This document shows, piece after piece, positions 52,383 through 64,000 of a stretch of DNA of 64,000 nt. The stretch spans positions 7,192,001-7,256,000 of the forward strand of contig OX597816.1 of the NCBI GenBank assembly GCA_951406725.2. Reading direction: 5' to 3'. The notes under the pieces were generated by a model. That model made no database searches and was not told the DNA's origin. It saw only the letters and a program-made list of their open reading frames with translations. Origin of the DNA: Octopus vulgaris. Taxonomy: Eukaryota. How positions within the stretch are numbered: position 1 is the stretch's first letter; every line of letters starts with the position of its first letter. A program made the translations under genes and the position numbers.

Positions 52383-52788
52383 CTAGCAGTATCGTCCGGC
52401 GTTGCTCGGGTTTGTTTCCACCCTTTAGAATTGGGATCTTTGAAAAGTAAAAATTTGGCATTATGTAGCTTGTTATTCTCTTTAAGGGAACATTTTTCTG
52501 GTTGAAATACACCGAAAAATGGCGACACACTAGTAAAAAAATCGTAAAAAACAGGGATTTTCATAGAAAAAAAGCACCTTTTTGATGTAAATAATTTTTG
52601 GTGTTAACATGGTCCGATTTGAATTTTATCTTCTACGTAAGGAAGAGCAAGCCTTCTTCTATCATACTGTCAATTTTGGTTAACTTGTGCCGCAAGGTCT
52701 CAGAGGAGATAGTGTTAGTTGAAGGCTACCAAACCTGCCACACACAGACAACTTCAGCTTTATATATATATATATATATAGATATAGA
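52383..52788 (-). mobile_element. Non-autonomous Helitron, complete
   Basis: Minus strand A|TCTATATC... to CCCGAGCAACGCCGGACGATACTGCTAG|T; A-T target, no TSD. Confidence 0.8.
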
Positions 52789-52989
52789 TTAAAACCACGG
52801 AGAAGGCTAAAGCACTTAGGAATACATATAATAATTCAAACCTCGTTGAAATACTGGTTTTTGAATTTTGGCACGAAGCCACCAATTTCAGAGAGACGAA
52901 TAAGTCGATTCAAGAGTAATCCGTTTCTGAATACTCCTCGACTCTGTTCCTAAAACCTTCACTCCTGTCAGAGATTCAACATTATCCTG

Positions 52990-54030
52990 CACGACACGAA
53001 ATCATTGCCATTTTTTTCATTGACGCTATCGTGTTTGCAATAACAAAGAAGCAACGATGAATTGTTCGATGTCTCCACGGGTGCTTCTGGCAGGGTAGAA
53101 TTATGCTTGAATATGGAAGGATATATCCTGGATTATTTGCATAAAAAATTTCCCAAATTAGAGTGGGGATGTTTACAGAGATGACGGATTAGTTATGAGC
53201 CGCAATATAAGTGACTACGACTTAGATCAGTTCAAGAATGATTTGATTATATTCTCCCGACGTATGATTTGAAATATTACTAACTTCTGTAGAAACTTTA
53301 ATGAAAATTAAACAAAGTATTGTTAGTTTTTCTTTTAGATCTTATTTTCAATTTAGAGGGTCTAGACCCAACCGTAAGTTAGTATAAGTAAATAAAATTT
53401 CCCCTCTTCAACGGACGAGGCTATGAATTTTCAAGCAGATCCATTACATAGCATTGCTAATGAGAGCAGGTTCTTAACTAGGTTGTTTCATAGTTTAACA
53501 TCTATCATTAATTTAAAGGGAGGCTAGAGAATTCTTAAATTTTGTATCTAAATACTTTCATAGGGCTTACAGGTATCGTAAAACCTTCAATAGAACTACC
53601 TTGAAGGTTAGCTACTCATGCTGTAAAAAAATTGCTTCATAGGTTAAGCAATTTAATGTTAAAAGAAACTATCTGAAATGAACAAGAATGAACAACCTCA
53701 ATTTGTAATCGCATGGATTTCAGTAACTGCTCTCTTAATGGTAATTGTTTGGCCAGAGGAATAATTTACAGAACCAAACTACAAAATAAGGCAGGCTAAC
53801 GGACAAGATACATGCTGGATTTACAGGAAACAGCCAAGCAGTTGTTGGTATATGTTATGCATTCTTCGTTATTAAGAGTAAAACGAAGAAAACTTCTTTC
53901 AAGGTGGTACTCAGTGCGATGCGAAGTTATTCTAATCGTTATTAGAGACACTGCACTACAGCTGTTTCAATTACTTTTGTTATAGCCACTTGTTTGCAAC
54001 AGGTGTAATGTGGCATTTTTAATAAAGACT
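52990..54030 (+). mobile_element. Decayed Penelope-like element (RT + GIY-YIG region, Naiad-like motifs)
   Basis: LFDVSTG..ELC, YRDDGL (53174-53191), FNRTTLKVSYSC, CSLNGNCLARGIIYR. Confidence 0.65.
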
Positions 54031-54070
54031 ATATGTACGTATATAATGTATACACACACATTATATATAA

Positions 54071-54192
54071 AGGCCCCGGGTTCGATCCCCGGCATCTCCA
54101 GAATATTTTCTCATCAGGTGGTGCTATTAAGTTAGACATGGCCTGGACCAATCTCTGGTCGAAACATATCTAAGTTTTTATCTAAGTTTTTT
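54071..54192 (+). mobile_element. Truncated SINE: tRNA-Ala-like 3' half fused to a CR1 tail
   Basis: AGGCCCCGGGTTCGATCCCCGGCATCTCCA followed by GGTGCTATTAAGTTAGACATGGCCTGG..GAAACATATCTAAG. Confidence 0.75.
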
Positions 54193-54808
54193 ATATATCA
54201 CGTGATCACGTGACCGACCAGACAATCAGATGTTGTTACACATCGCTGGTCACAATGCGTTCGCATTGTTTTAACCTTCGAATGTCGCCACCCCGATTGA
54301 TATCTTTAATAAAGACTATGTGAATGTGTATGTATCTGTAAATATGTGTGTGTATGAGTGTGTGTGTGTGTGTTTGAGCGTGGGTGGATGTATGTGTGAG
54401 TGAAAGCGTTGGGAGTTTGGTCTGGCAATTCTCAAGGAGGATGTTATATTTCTAAAGAAAGTCGTGTTTCAACAAATAAATGCATACCGAGCAACAACAA
54501 CAACAATAGCAGCAACAACAACAACAGCAACAGCTCATTTACAATATTTTCTTTTATTTAGCCATTGAAGGCAATTTTATTCAATTCACCCATGCATACA
54601 AGAAAGAAAACGTCGAATGAGACGTACAAAAACGTGTTTTGGGAACACACAAGTTATTTGAAAAAGTGGCCCGGATAAGAAATGTTTTCGGTGAGGGATA
54701 AAAGCGGTTATAAAGAGGCATTAAAAAAGTTTATGGAACACATCGACTTATTACATAGAATAAAAAGCACACTATCATACATGATAATTAACACGATATT
54801 ATTTAAAA

Positions 54809-55324
54809 CTAGCAGTATCGCCCGGCGTTGCTCGGGTTTGTAAGGGAAATAACTATATAAGCATTTTTAGAGAGTTACTTCCTTTATAGATGCCAATTCG
54901 GGCTTTCTTAGCCATTTCTGTTTTGGTGTCTTCAAGCCATGAAGTCGTTGTTCTAAAAGAACGCTGGTCTCCTTGACAACGCTTTACGACGTTGATTTCC
55001 TTACACTCCCTTCCCCACAGCTTCACGCGGGAGGGAAGAAGGGGGAGAAGCAAACACAGGTGCAGGTGTTTGAGCGTGGACGCCAACTCCGCCGCCATCG
55101 ACACACGAAAAATTATGCATTAAAATGGAATAAAAAATGATGTTAAATTATTTTAAAAATCGTAGACTCATCGTAGACGCGCGCTAATACCCAGACGGGC
55201 TCGATATGAATCACGACTATAAGATACCGAATTTGGTTAAACTGCACCGCAAAATGTGGGAGTAGTTAGGAATCTAAATCGTAGGAGACAGACACTCACA
55301 CAACTACAGTTTTACATATATAGA
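54809..55324 (-). mobile_element. Non-autonomous Helitron, second family
   Basis: Near-identical 3' end to 52383 (ACTAGCAGTATCGYCCGGCGTTGCTCGGGTTTG) but a different interior; 5' TC at 55324. Confidence 0.8.
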
Positions 55325-55499
55325 TGTACAAAGAGAAAGACATTTTAGGGTCGTTTATCTACGCAGCAGTTAAAAACTTGGTTAGGCGTGGGTTAGAGAA
55401 TTCCACGTCATTTCCTGTCTGTCACCGCTCATACTGGAGACTGGTGAACTCAAGAGTGAACGTGAACAGTTCTTGGTTTCTGGATGATCCCGTTTCAAT

Positions 55500-55836
55500 C
55501 TTGTCTGTGTGTGGCAGGTTTGGTAGCCTTCGACTAACACTATCTCCTCCGAGACCCTGCGGCGCAAGTTGACCAAAATTGAAAGTATGATAGAAGAAGG
55601 CTTGCTCTTCATTTCGTAGAAGATAAAATTCAAATTGGACTATGTTAACACCAAAAATTATTTACATAAAAAAGGTGCTCTTTTTCTATGAAAATCCCTA
55701 TTTTCTACGATTTTTTTACTAGTGTGTCGCCATTTTTCGGTGTATTTCAACCAGAAAAAGGTTCACTTTTCAAAAATTCCAATTCTAAGGGGTCGAAAAG
55801 AAAACGAACCCGAGCAACGCCGGGCTATACTGCTAG
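55500..55836 (+). mobile_element. Non-autonomous Helitron, same family as 52383-52788, inverted
   Basis: Reverse-complement match to 52383-52750; ends CCCGAGCAACGCCGGGCTATACTGCTAG. Confidence 0.8.
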
Positions 55837-56151
55837 CATATGATAATGTTGTGTACAATATTTTCACTGAAACTTTTTCATTTCTGTATAGTCCAGCGAT
55901 GAACGCATTTAGATGCGCAGTTTTGCCATTCTGTGTGAGAGGCACGGATTAGTCTTTCGAGCACCTGTTAATCTTATGTCATTTTTGTCACTCACGCCGC
56001 CTCCGCTGTTTTCTTGAGAAAACTTTTTTATAACCCGTTTTGGTTGTCTTCGATGGAGTGGGCCTTTCTTTTTCTGAGAATCTTCTCCGTCTTTTTTTCA
56101 TTCACAGCTTTTCTCAAACTATGGGAGTGACGTTACAGGTTCTAGAAGTAA

Positions 56152-56210
<59 letters not shown>

Positions 56211-56237
56211 ATGTGTGTGTGTGTGATTTGTATTACC

Positions 56238-56512
56238 AAAGCTTTGTGAGTGGATTTCGTAGATGAAAACTGAAAGAAGCACGTCGTATACATGTGTGTG
56301 TGTCTTTGTGTTTGTGTTTGTCCTCCACCGCCGCTTGGCAACCGGTGCTGGCATGTTTACGTTCCCGTAAGTTAGCGGTTCAGCAAAAGTCTGATAGAAT
56401 AAGTTCCAGGCTTAAAAAAAAATAAACAATGGGGTTGGTTCATTCGACTAAAAGCTCTTCGAACTGGTGCTCCAGCATGGCCACAGCCGAATGACTGAAG
56501 CAAGTAAAAGAC
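56238..56512 (+). mobile_element. SINE family A, 5'-truncated
   Basis: Match to family A body and tail. Confidence 0.75.
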
Positions 56513-56859
56513 AATAGATAAAAGATAAACCTGATAACAGCGTCGTCAATAGCGACAAGAGAAACTCAAAAGCCCTACGGCAGTAAGCAGGACATCTTTT
56601 ATCTTTAACTTGTTTCAGTCATTACAATGTGTCCATGCTGGGGAACCACCTTGAGGGGAGCGTACATAAAATAACTGCAGCAAAAGAATATTCGAAATCA
56701 TCTGAAAAGTAGAAATGATATTCTGCACATAGAGATAGAGAAGTACAACAATTTTAATCTAGATGACAATAGTGAATCTAACAGGAATTCTCATTGTCAT
56801 GTTGACAGCATTAAGAATAGTAACCATTATAATGGATTTAATAAGTCTAATAAAGGGAG

Positions 56860-57075
56860 TGTACAATGGCATAATTCGGTATTCGGATTACATTTATCTT
56901 CTAAACTTTCCAGGGATTTTTTTCTCTGCATTAGATAAACATTTTCCTAAGCCAAGAAAATACTACAAAATTTTTAATAGACATATGGTGAAGTTGTCAT
57001 ACGCAATATCACATAACCTAGAAGATTGTGTCCATAAACGTAATAATAGAAAGCTTAACCAAGTAAATAAGAACT
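56860..57075 (+). mobile_element. Penelope-like element fragment
   Basis: FFSALDKHFPKPRKYYKIFNRHMVKLSY, homologous to the motif at ~53580. Confidence 0.6.
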
Positions 57076-57249
57076 TTAGCAATAGCTTGTAAAGCAACTT
57101 AAGGTCCACAGATAATAATAACGATAAAAGCGGAGGGAGTAATCCTATTAGTCTAGATAACTGCAACATAAGTGATATTATCAACTACAATAAGACTACT
57201 GAAAATAACGATAATAGGAATGAAAATTTTGATAATAATCGCACTGGTA

Positions 57250-57632
57250 TGGAAGCACTCCGTCGGTTACGACGATGAGGGTTCCAGTTGATCCGAATCA
57301 ACGGAACAGCCTGCTCGTGAAATTAACGTGTAAGTGGCTGAGCACTCCACAGACACGTGCACCCTTAACGTAGTTCTTGGGGATATTCAGCGTGGCACAG
57401 AGAGTGACAAGGCCGGCCCTTTGAAATACAGGTACAACAGAAGCAGGAAGTAAGAGTGAGAGAAAGTTGTGGTGAAAGAGTACAGCAGGGATCACCACCA
57501 TCCCCTGCCGGAGCCTCGAGGAGCTTTAGGTGTTTTCGCCCAATAAACACTCACAACGCCCGGTCTGGGAATCGAAACCGCGATCCTACGACCGCGAGTC
57601 CGCTGCCCTAACCACTGGGCCATTGCGCCTCC
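57250..57632 (-). mobile_element. SINE family C, full length, TSD TCGCACTGGTA
   Basis: Reverse complement of 6275-6650; duplicated flank. Confidence 0.92.
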
Positions 57633-58375
57633 AGTCGCACTGGTAACAGCAGTAATAATAAAAACAATAGCAAGATACTTAATAATAATTGTAGTATTAA
57701 TAAGAAGAAAATTATAATAATAAGAATGATCAATTTGAAAATAGTAGAATAAAGAAGTGTAACAGCGGAAACAAAATTGCATGTCCTCAAAGAAATGAGT
57801 GTCTACGTGAGAACATTATGTTCAGATGCACGTCAGGACAAGAGCAAAGGTTTATGCATATATCGATGGGGTAATCACGTTGATTCATTTGGGAACAGCG
57901 ACAAAAGGTACATTATGTCCTTCACTGGCCTGATATGGAGTCTCTGAGAAAAGAAGGTGCAATACAACATGTCCTGGTTAGTGAGAACTGCGTATCCATA
58001 TAATGCGTACTCTAAATTACGCAATTCTTATTTGGAAGAGAACTTGTGCAGAGACGAACTTATTAAAAGACACGCTGAAATCGTCACCAGTTGTAACCAC
58101 AGGATTAAAGATTCGTTCAAGGAATATGGAAAAATCTCTTGATATAAAATATTTTATTCATTAGTTTATATATAAATGCATACATTTTAGAGTTGTGCCA
58201 CCATCTGCTAACTTGTGTGTATATATTTATATAAATATTCCTGTAAAGACATGAATATGTAATGTATATATAACTATGTATGTCTACACATAATCTATTA
58301 TCCTTTACCCTTATAGTAACTTTTAGTTAGCACTTAATTCTTAATTTTACCTGAGTTAGTATTATTTATTCAATA

Positions 58376-58427
<52 letters not shown>

Positions 58428-58432
58428 GTGTA

Positions 58433-58519
<87 letters not shown>

Positions 58520-58740
58520 GTATGTATGTGTAAATATACGATGGCCGAAACTTCGAAGTCACTTCCAATAACATTCTTGTTTAGGAATAATAAATTTGTA
58601 CTCTACAAAAGTATAGAGTTAGCCATCAGATTATATATATTTTGTATATTAATGTTTCGTAAATAATTTGCTGGTGAAATGGCGATGAAACACTTGTAGT
58701 ATTATACAATAAAACATGTTACTGAATCCGTTTTCTATTA

Positions 58741-58806
<66 letters not shown>

Positions 58807-59282
58807 TATACATATACATGTACACACATATATATACATACATATATATATATAATATGTATATATATATATGTATATATGTATACTTGCATTCATATAC
58901 ATATATGTACACATGTATGTATCTGTTTATCTATCTATATAGTTTGCATGAAGCATTGCCTGGTATAGATATTTTTAATCATTTTAAAAGCCAAACCAGA
59001 GAAGTCAATTCACCAAAACATTTTTCTGAGGATTTCCTGAAGAAGGGTTCCAAAACCCGAAATACTGAAATACAAAGTAGAAGTACAACAACCTATCGTC
59101 CATTATTTGTCAGAACTTGAATTCTTTCGGCCTAAAAAGTAAAAACATTTATGTGTGTGTGTGTGTGTGTGTGAGTGTGTGTGAGCGCGTGTGTTTGTGT
59201 GTATATGTATTTATCTATATATGTATGTATCTATGTATGCATGCATCGATCTAACAGTATATATATCTATATGTGTGTGTAG

Positions 59283-59380
<98 letters not shown>

Positions 59381-60582
59381 TATATATATATAAATTGTGC
59401 GTGTGCATGTGTATATGTGTGTGTGTGTAGTTGTGGGCTAACAAGGCAACCATCGGTTGACTTGTTAACCCACAAACACAGTACATTTATCAACCAATGC
59501 GGCACTGCGGTGTCGAGCACTCATTCTCATTGTTTGATATTAGAGTGTATATATCTGTGTGTGCATATATATATATGTGTGTGTGTGAGTGTGTGTGTGT
59601 TTGTGTTCGTGTGTGTAAATATGCGCGTGAGTATGCAGAAGTCACCAAATATACTTGAGGCAAGAACTACTCTTTGGCAATAGGGAACCGCCAGAAGCTG
59701 GTTTAATACTGGCAAATACCCTTTCTGTCTATACCCAAGCCATTCTCCAGAGGACAGTTGAAAGAAGGTGAAGACCAACCAGTAAGTCCTTGTCTGACAT
59801 GCAGCAAGAACTGGTCAGGTTTTAAACGGATGGAGGACAATAACCCGAGGTAATTTTTCAATTTGCAGAGCGTCTGGTATAGCGTTCTTACTATTGGCTT
59901 TAATAGTCACAGAAAACTGCTGCTGCTACACAAACACACGCACACGCACACACATATGCGTGACATGTTTATTCGTGTATAATACGCAGTATTTTATAAT
60001 TGATTTTAACTGAAAAAAAAAAATTGGAATTCGACTTATACACCGAGTAAAGCTAAAACTATGAAAGCGAAACAAAATTTTGCGGCAAGATTTAACATAG
60101 AATTAGAGGACTCCCATCTGTAGTAAAACACATACACACACGCACACACACATACACACACACGTATACACACACACCTACACACACACGCGCGCACACA
60201 CAAACAGAGAAAGTGAGAGACATACATGTATACATATACATACATGTATGGATGTATACATATACATGTATACATGTATACATATACATGTATACATGTA
60301 TACATATACATGTATACATGTATACATATACATACATGTATATGTATACATATACATGTATACATATACATACATGTATATACATAGATGTATGTGATAT
60401 ATGTGCACCGACTATTAGATATAGATATACGAGCACATACTGACATATACATACACATATATATACACATACTCACAAACTTTCGCATACACACACATAT
60501 ACACACATATATATGTAGAAGTACACACAGTCACACACACACACACACCACGCACATACACATGCACACACACGTACACCCA

Positions 60583-60756
60583 TGTGGCTGTGTGGTAAGA
60601 AGCTTACTTCCCAACCACACGGTTCCAAGTTCATTCCCAATGCGTGGCACCTTGAGCAAGTGTCCTCTACTATAGACCCGGGCCGACCAAATCGTTGTGA
60701 GTGGATTTGGTAGACAAAGCTGAAAGATGGCCATCATATACATGTGTGTATGTGTT

Positions 60757-60840
<84 letters not shown>

Positions 60841-61038
60841 TTGTGTGTGTGTCCCACCTTCGCTTGACAACCGTTGCTGGTGTATTTACGTCCCCATAAC
60901 TTAGCGGTTCGGCTAAACAGCCCGACAGAATAAGTAGCAAGCTTTAAAAAATATTGTGCTCGATTCGGTCGACTGAAAAGTATTCTCCAAGGCGGTGCCC
61001 CAGACTGGCCGCAGTCTAATGGCTTGGAGAAATAAAAG

Positions 61039-61039
<1 letters not shown>
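60583..61039 (+). mobile_element. SINE family A, diverged
   Basis: Match to family A. Confidence 0.8.
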
Positions 61040-61077
<38 letters not shown>

Positions 61078-61226
61078 ACAGTACGTGGAAACAGATATAT
61101 AAACACACCTGTACAGCCATACACACAATACAGAAACATACGTATATACATATATATGTACATACATACGTTCACACAAGCCTATATGTACACATACATA
61201 TACACATATATGTGTATACACACACT

Positions 61227-61271
<45 letters not shown>

Positions 61272-61485
61272 GTACATAAATTATAAATGGACCTGTAAAG
61301 TATAAAATATCGGTGTCCTCTGATTCAATAGTTTTAACCTTTGAAAAACATTTGAAATTCATCGATATACCGCTGAGTACCGCGAGATAATCTCTACTAG
61401 ATGATAATCTACAGCAGATAATCTATACACTACAGGATAATCTATGGCAAGCAATGGAGATTTAAAAGATATATTTCTGACTCAC

Positions 61486-62065
61486 CTTTTGTATAGAAAC
61501 ATTATTGTCTTCCATTAAATGTTTTTTAACAATATTTTCTTACATAAATTTACGTTTCTAGTGTTTTCTAAACAAGGTTTGATAACTCTGAGCACCATCG
61601 GTATCAACCAATAAGCCGGCATCAGCCGACAGATGACTAAGCTAGCAGCACCACATGGTATCACTTTTTTTTTCTGTCCTTTCTGAAAATAACTTTTTAT
61701 CGATCTTCGGAATCGAAGTAGTTTTCGTAAGTTAAAATTTTAGTGATAACTGTTCATTCTTTCTTCGGATTTGTCTTTCTTTCAGTTCATTTCTATCGCG
61801 TATTTGTGACTAACACCAAAAGGCAGAGATGTTTTGTTTGTGAATTCAATTCAAAGCAGCTTTCATTTCAGAATTGGACACCTGACCAGTAATCATGTTT
61901 CACCTTATTACGTGTTAAAAAAACACAGTGTATTGTTATTTCGTTAAAAGGAGATTGGGGTTTCGTTGGGTCTTCACATCGCCAATGGACATGAGATTCG
62001 TTTTTACGTCATAGCACGCCCCTTGCCTCTTTCCCCTCTCCCTCTGAGTGCACTGGGCGCGGGCG

Positions 62066-62070
<5 letters not shown>
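61486..62070 (-). promoter_or_regulatory. Candidate promoter and non-coding first exon of the minus-strand gene
   Basis: Repeat-free stretch with consensus donor AAG|GTGAGT at 61485, CCAAT (61982), CRE-like TGACGTAA (62004-62011), CACGCCCC and a CpG-rich patch (62056-62070). Confidence 0.35.
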
Positions 62071-62118
<48 letters not shown>

Positions 62119-62238
62119 GTATATATACATATACATATATATATATATGTATATTTATTTATTTAAAAAGTCTGAGAAAATGTACACAAAACGCAAGGTA
62201 GACCATAAGTATTTATTATACGCAATTGTTACCAGCGT

Positions 62239-62272
<34 letters not shown>

Positions 62273-62795
62273 AATAAATAGATAGATAAATATATGTATA
62301 CACATATATATATAATATAAATATATACATACACGCATATATATATATATAAATACATGCATACACGCACACATGCACATATATATAATAGAAATAACTT
62401 GTAAATAACATTTAGATGTCTGGCTTATTTTTTTAATTGTCAGCAAAAAAAAAAGAAATCAGAGATAGAGCGAGAGAAAGAGAGAGAGAAACTTGTAAGA
62501 GTTTGTAAATTTTTTGAAAATTAAGAATGATTTGAAGTATGTTTTTAAAGGGGAGACGTAAAAACAAGTGTTTATTCCATTAAGTCGTGGGTTAAGGAAA
62601 ACTAATGGGATTCTGGGAGGAAGTTAAAATCTGCTGAAAACATAGATGAAACACTTCACAGTTGTATCACCGAGGCACACCATGACGCACACAAACACAC
62701 ACACACATACGCTAACACACGCATACACGCACACACGCGCAAACACACACACTCACACACATGGACGTGTGTGTGTGTTTATGTATATATGTATA

Positions 62796-62849
<54 letters not shown>

Positions 62850-63042
62850 CATATACATACATACGCATGTGTTTATATATATATATATGTACGTATGTAT
62901 ATGTATATTTATGTATATATATTTATATATAAATATAAAAATAAAAGTATATATATTCGCACATATGCATGTGTGGATATATATATATATATATATATAT
63001 ATGTACGTATCTATGTTCGTACGTATGTATATGTATATTTAC

Positions 63043-63112
<70 letters not shown>

Positions 63113-63679
63113 TATAAATATAAATACACACACACACACATATACATATATACAGAAGTAACCATCTCTACAACAAATCTGTTTGAAAAAATTACGAAGT
63201 ATCTTATGTTATCCTTTTTATAAATTAATTCTACAATATATACGCAATGGTATATAATTCAAACAAGTAGCTATTTTATTTACAAACCACACATAAATAC
63301 ACACATGCATTCCATATATACATATCTATACATACACACGCATACATACATATGCGTATTAGCGTATATACACACACATATATATGAATATATTTATGTA
63401 TGTATACATGTATATAAGTTAAGTTAGGGATAACTATTGAAGAAATTTCAACGATAATCGTGAAATTTTGAGAGCAGAGTCGAATATATAAAATTTGTGT
63501 CGTTTGTGATTTTAAGTTTCGCCTGACGGTTGGCTGAATTGATCGTCTGGCACAACTGAAAATCCTAGACAACGTGGATCTTTTTAGATTCACGGGTACG
63601 CGTGCGCACACAAACACACATGTCTACCTACCTACCTACCTACCTACCTACCTACCTACCTACCTACCTACCTACCTAC

Positions 63680-63724
<45 letters not shown>

Positions 63725-63752
63725 ACTCTATCTATCTATCTACCTATATTTA

Positions 63753-63909
63753 TAGGCGCAGGAGTGGCTGTGTGGTAAGTAGCTTGCTTACCAACCACAT
63801 GGTTCCGGTTTCAGTCCCACTGCATGGCAACTTGGGCAAGTATCTTCTACTATAGCCTCGGGCCGACCAAAGCCTTGAGAGTGGATTTGGTAGACGGAAA
63901 CTCAAAGAA

Positions 63910-63972
<63 letters not shown>

Positions 63973-64000
63973 TGTGTGTCTGTGTTTGTCCCCCTAGCAT
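63753..64000 (+). mobile_element. SINE family A, runs off the window end
   Basis: AGGCGCAGGAGTGGCTGTGTGGTAAGTAGC head. Confidence 0.9.

Overview
Repeat-dense animal genomic DNA. The SINE set and microsatellite load look like an octopus/coleoid cephalopod; this is recalled, not database-verified. Almost all ORFs in the track come from microsatellites or SINEs. The window holds: at least seven SINE-like families; fragments of RTE, CR1, R4/Dong and Penelope-like (PLE) retroelements; a DD34D mariner with a nested DD40D Tc1/rosa-type element; a Tc1 MITE; and non-autonomous Helitrons. There is probably one minus-strand host gene. Its best exon is 46805-47417, with ATG at 47293 and an N-terminus MGSVISK that fits the myristoylation consensus. 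Downstream Neuralized/NHR-like exons are tentative. The most interesting signals are RNA structures. (1) Several minimal type I hammerhead ribozyme motifs, including one family whose core reads GUGAACA instead of CUGANGA, a compensatory G3:C8 swap, carried in a ~300-bp palindrome. (2) A tRNA-headed SINE carrying a PLE-type hammerhead and an inverted copy of its own tail. (3) SINEs with one head followed by 184-bp tandem bodies. (4) A covarying 3'UTR hairpin shared by three different (TAA)n-targeting Dong-like families.
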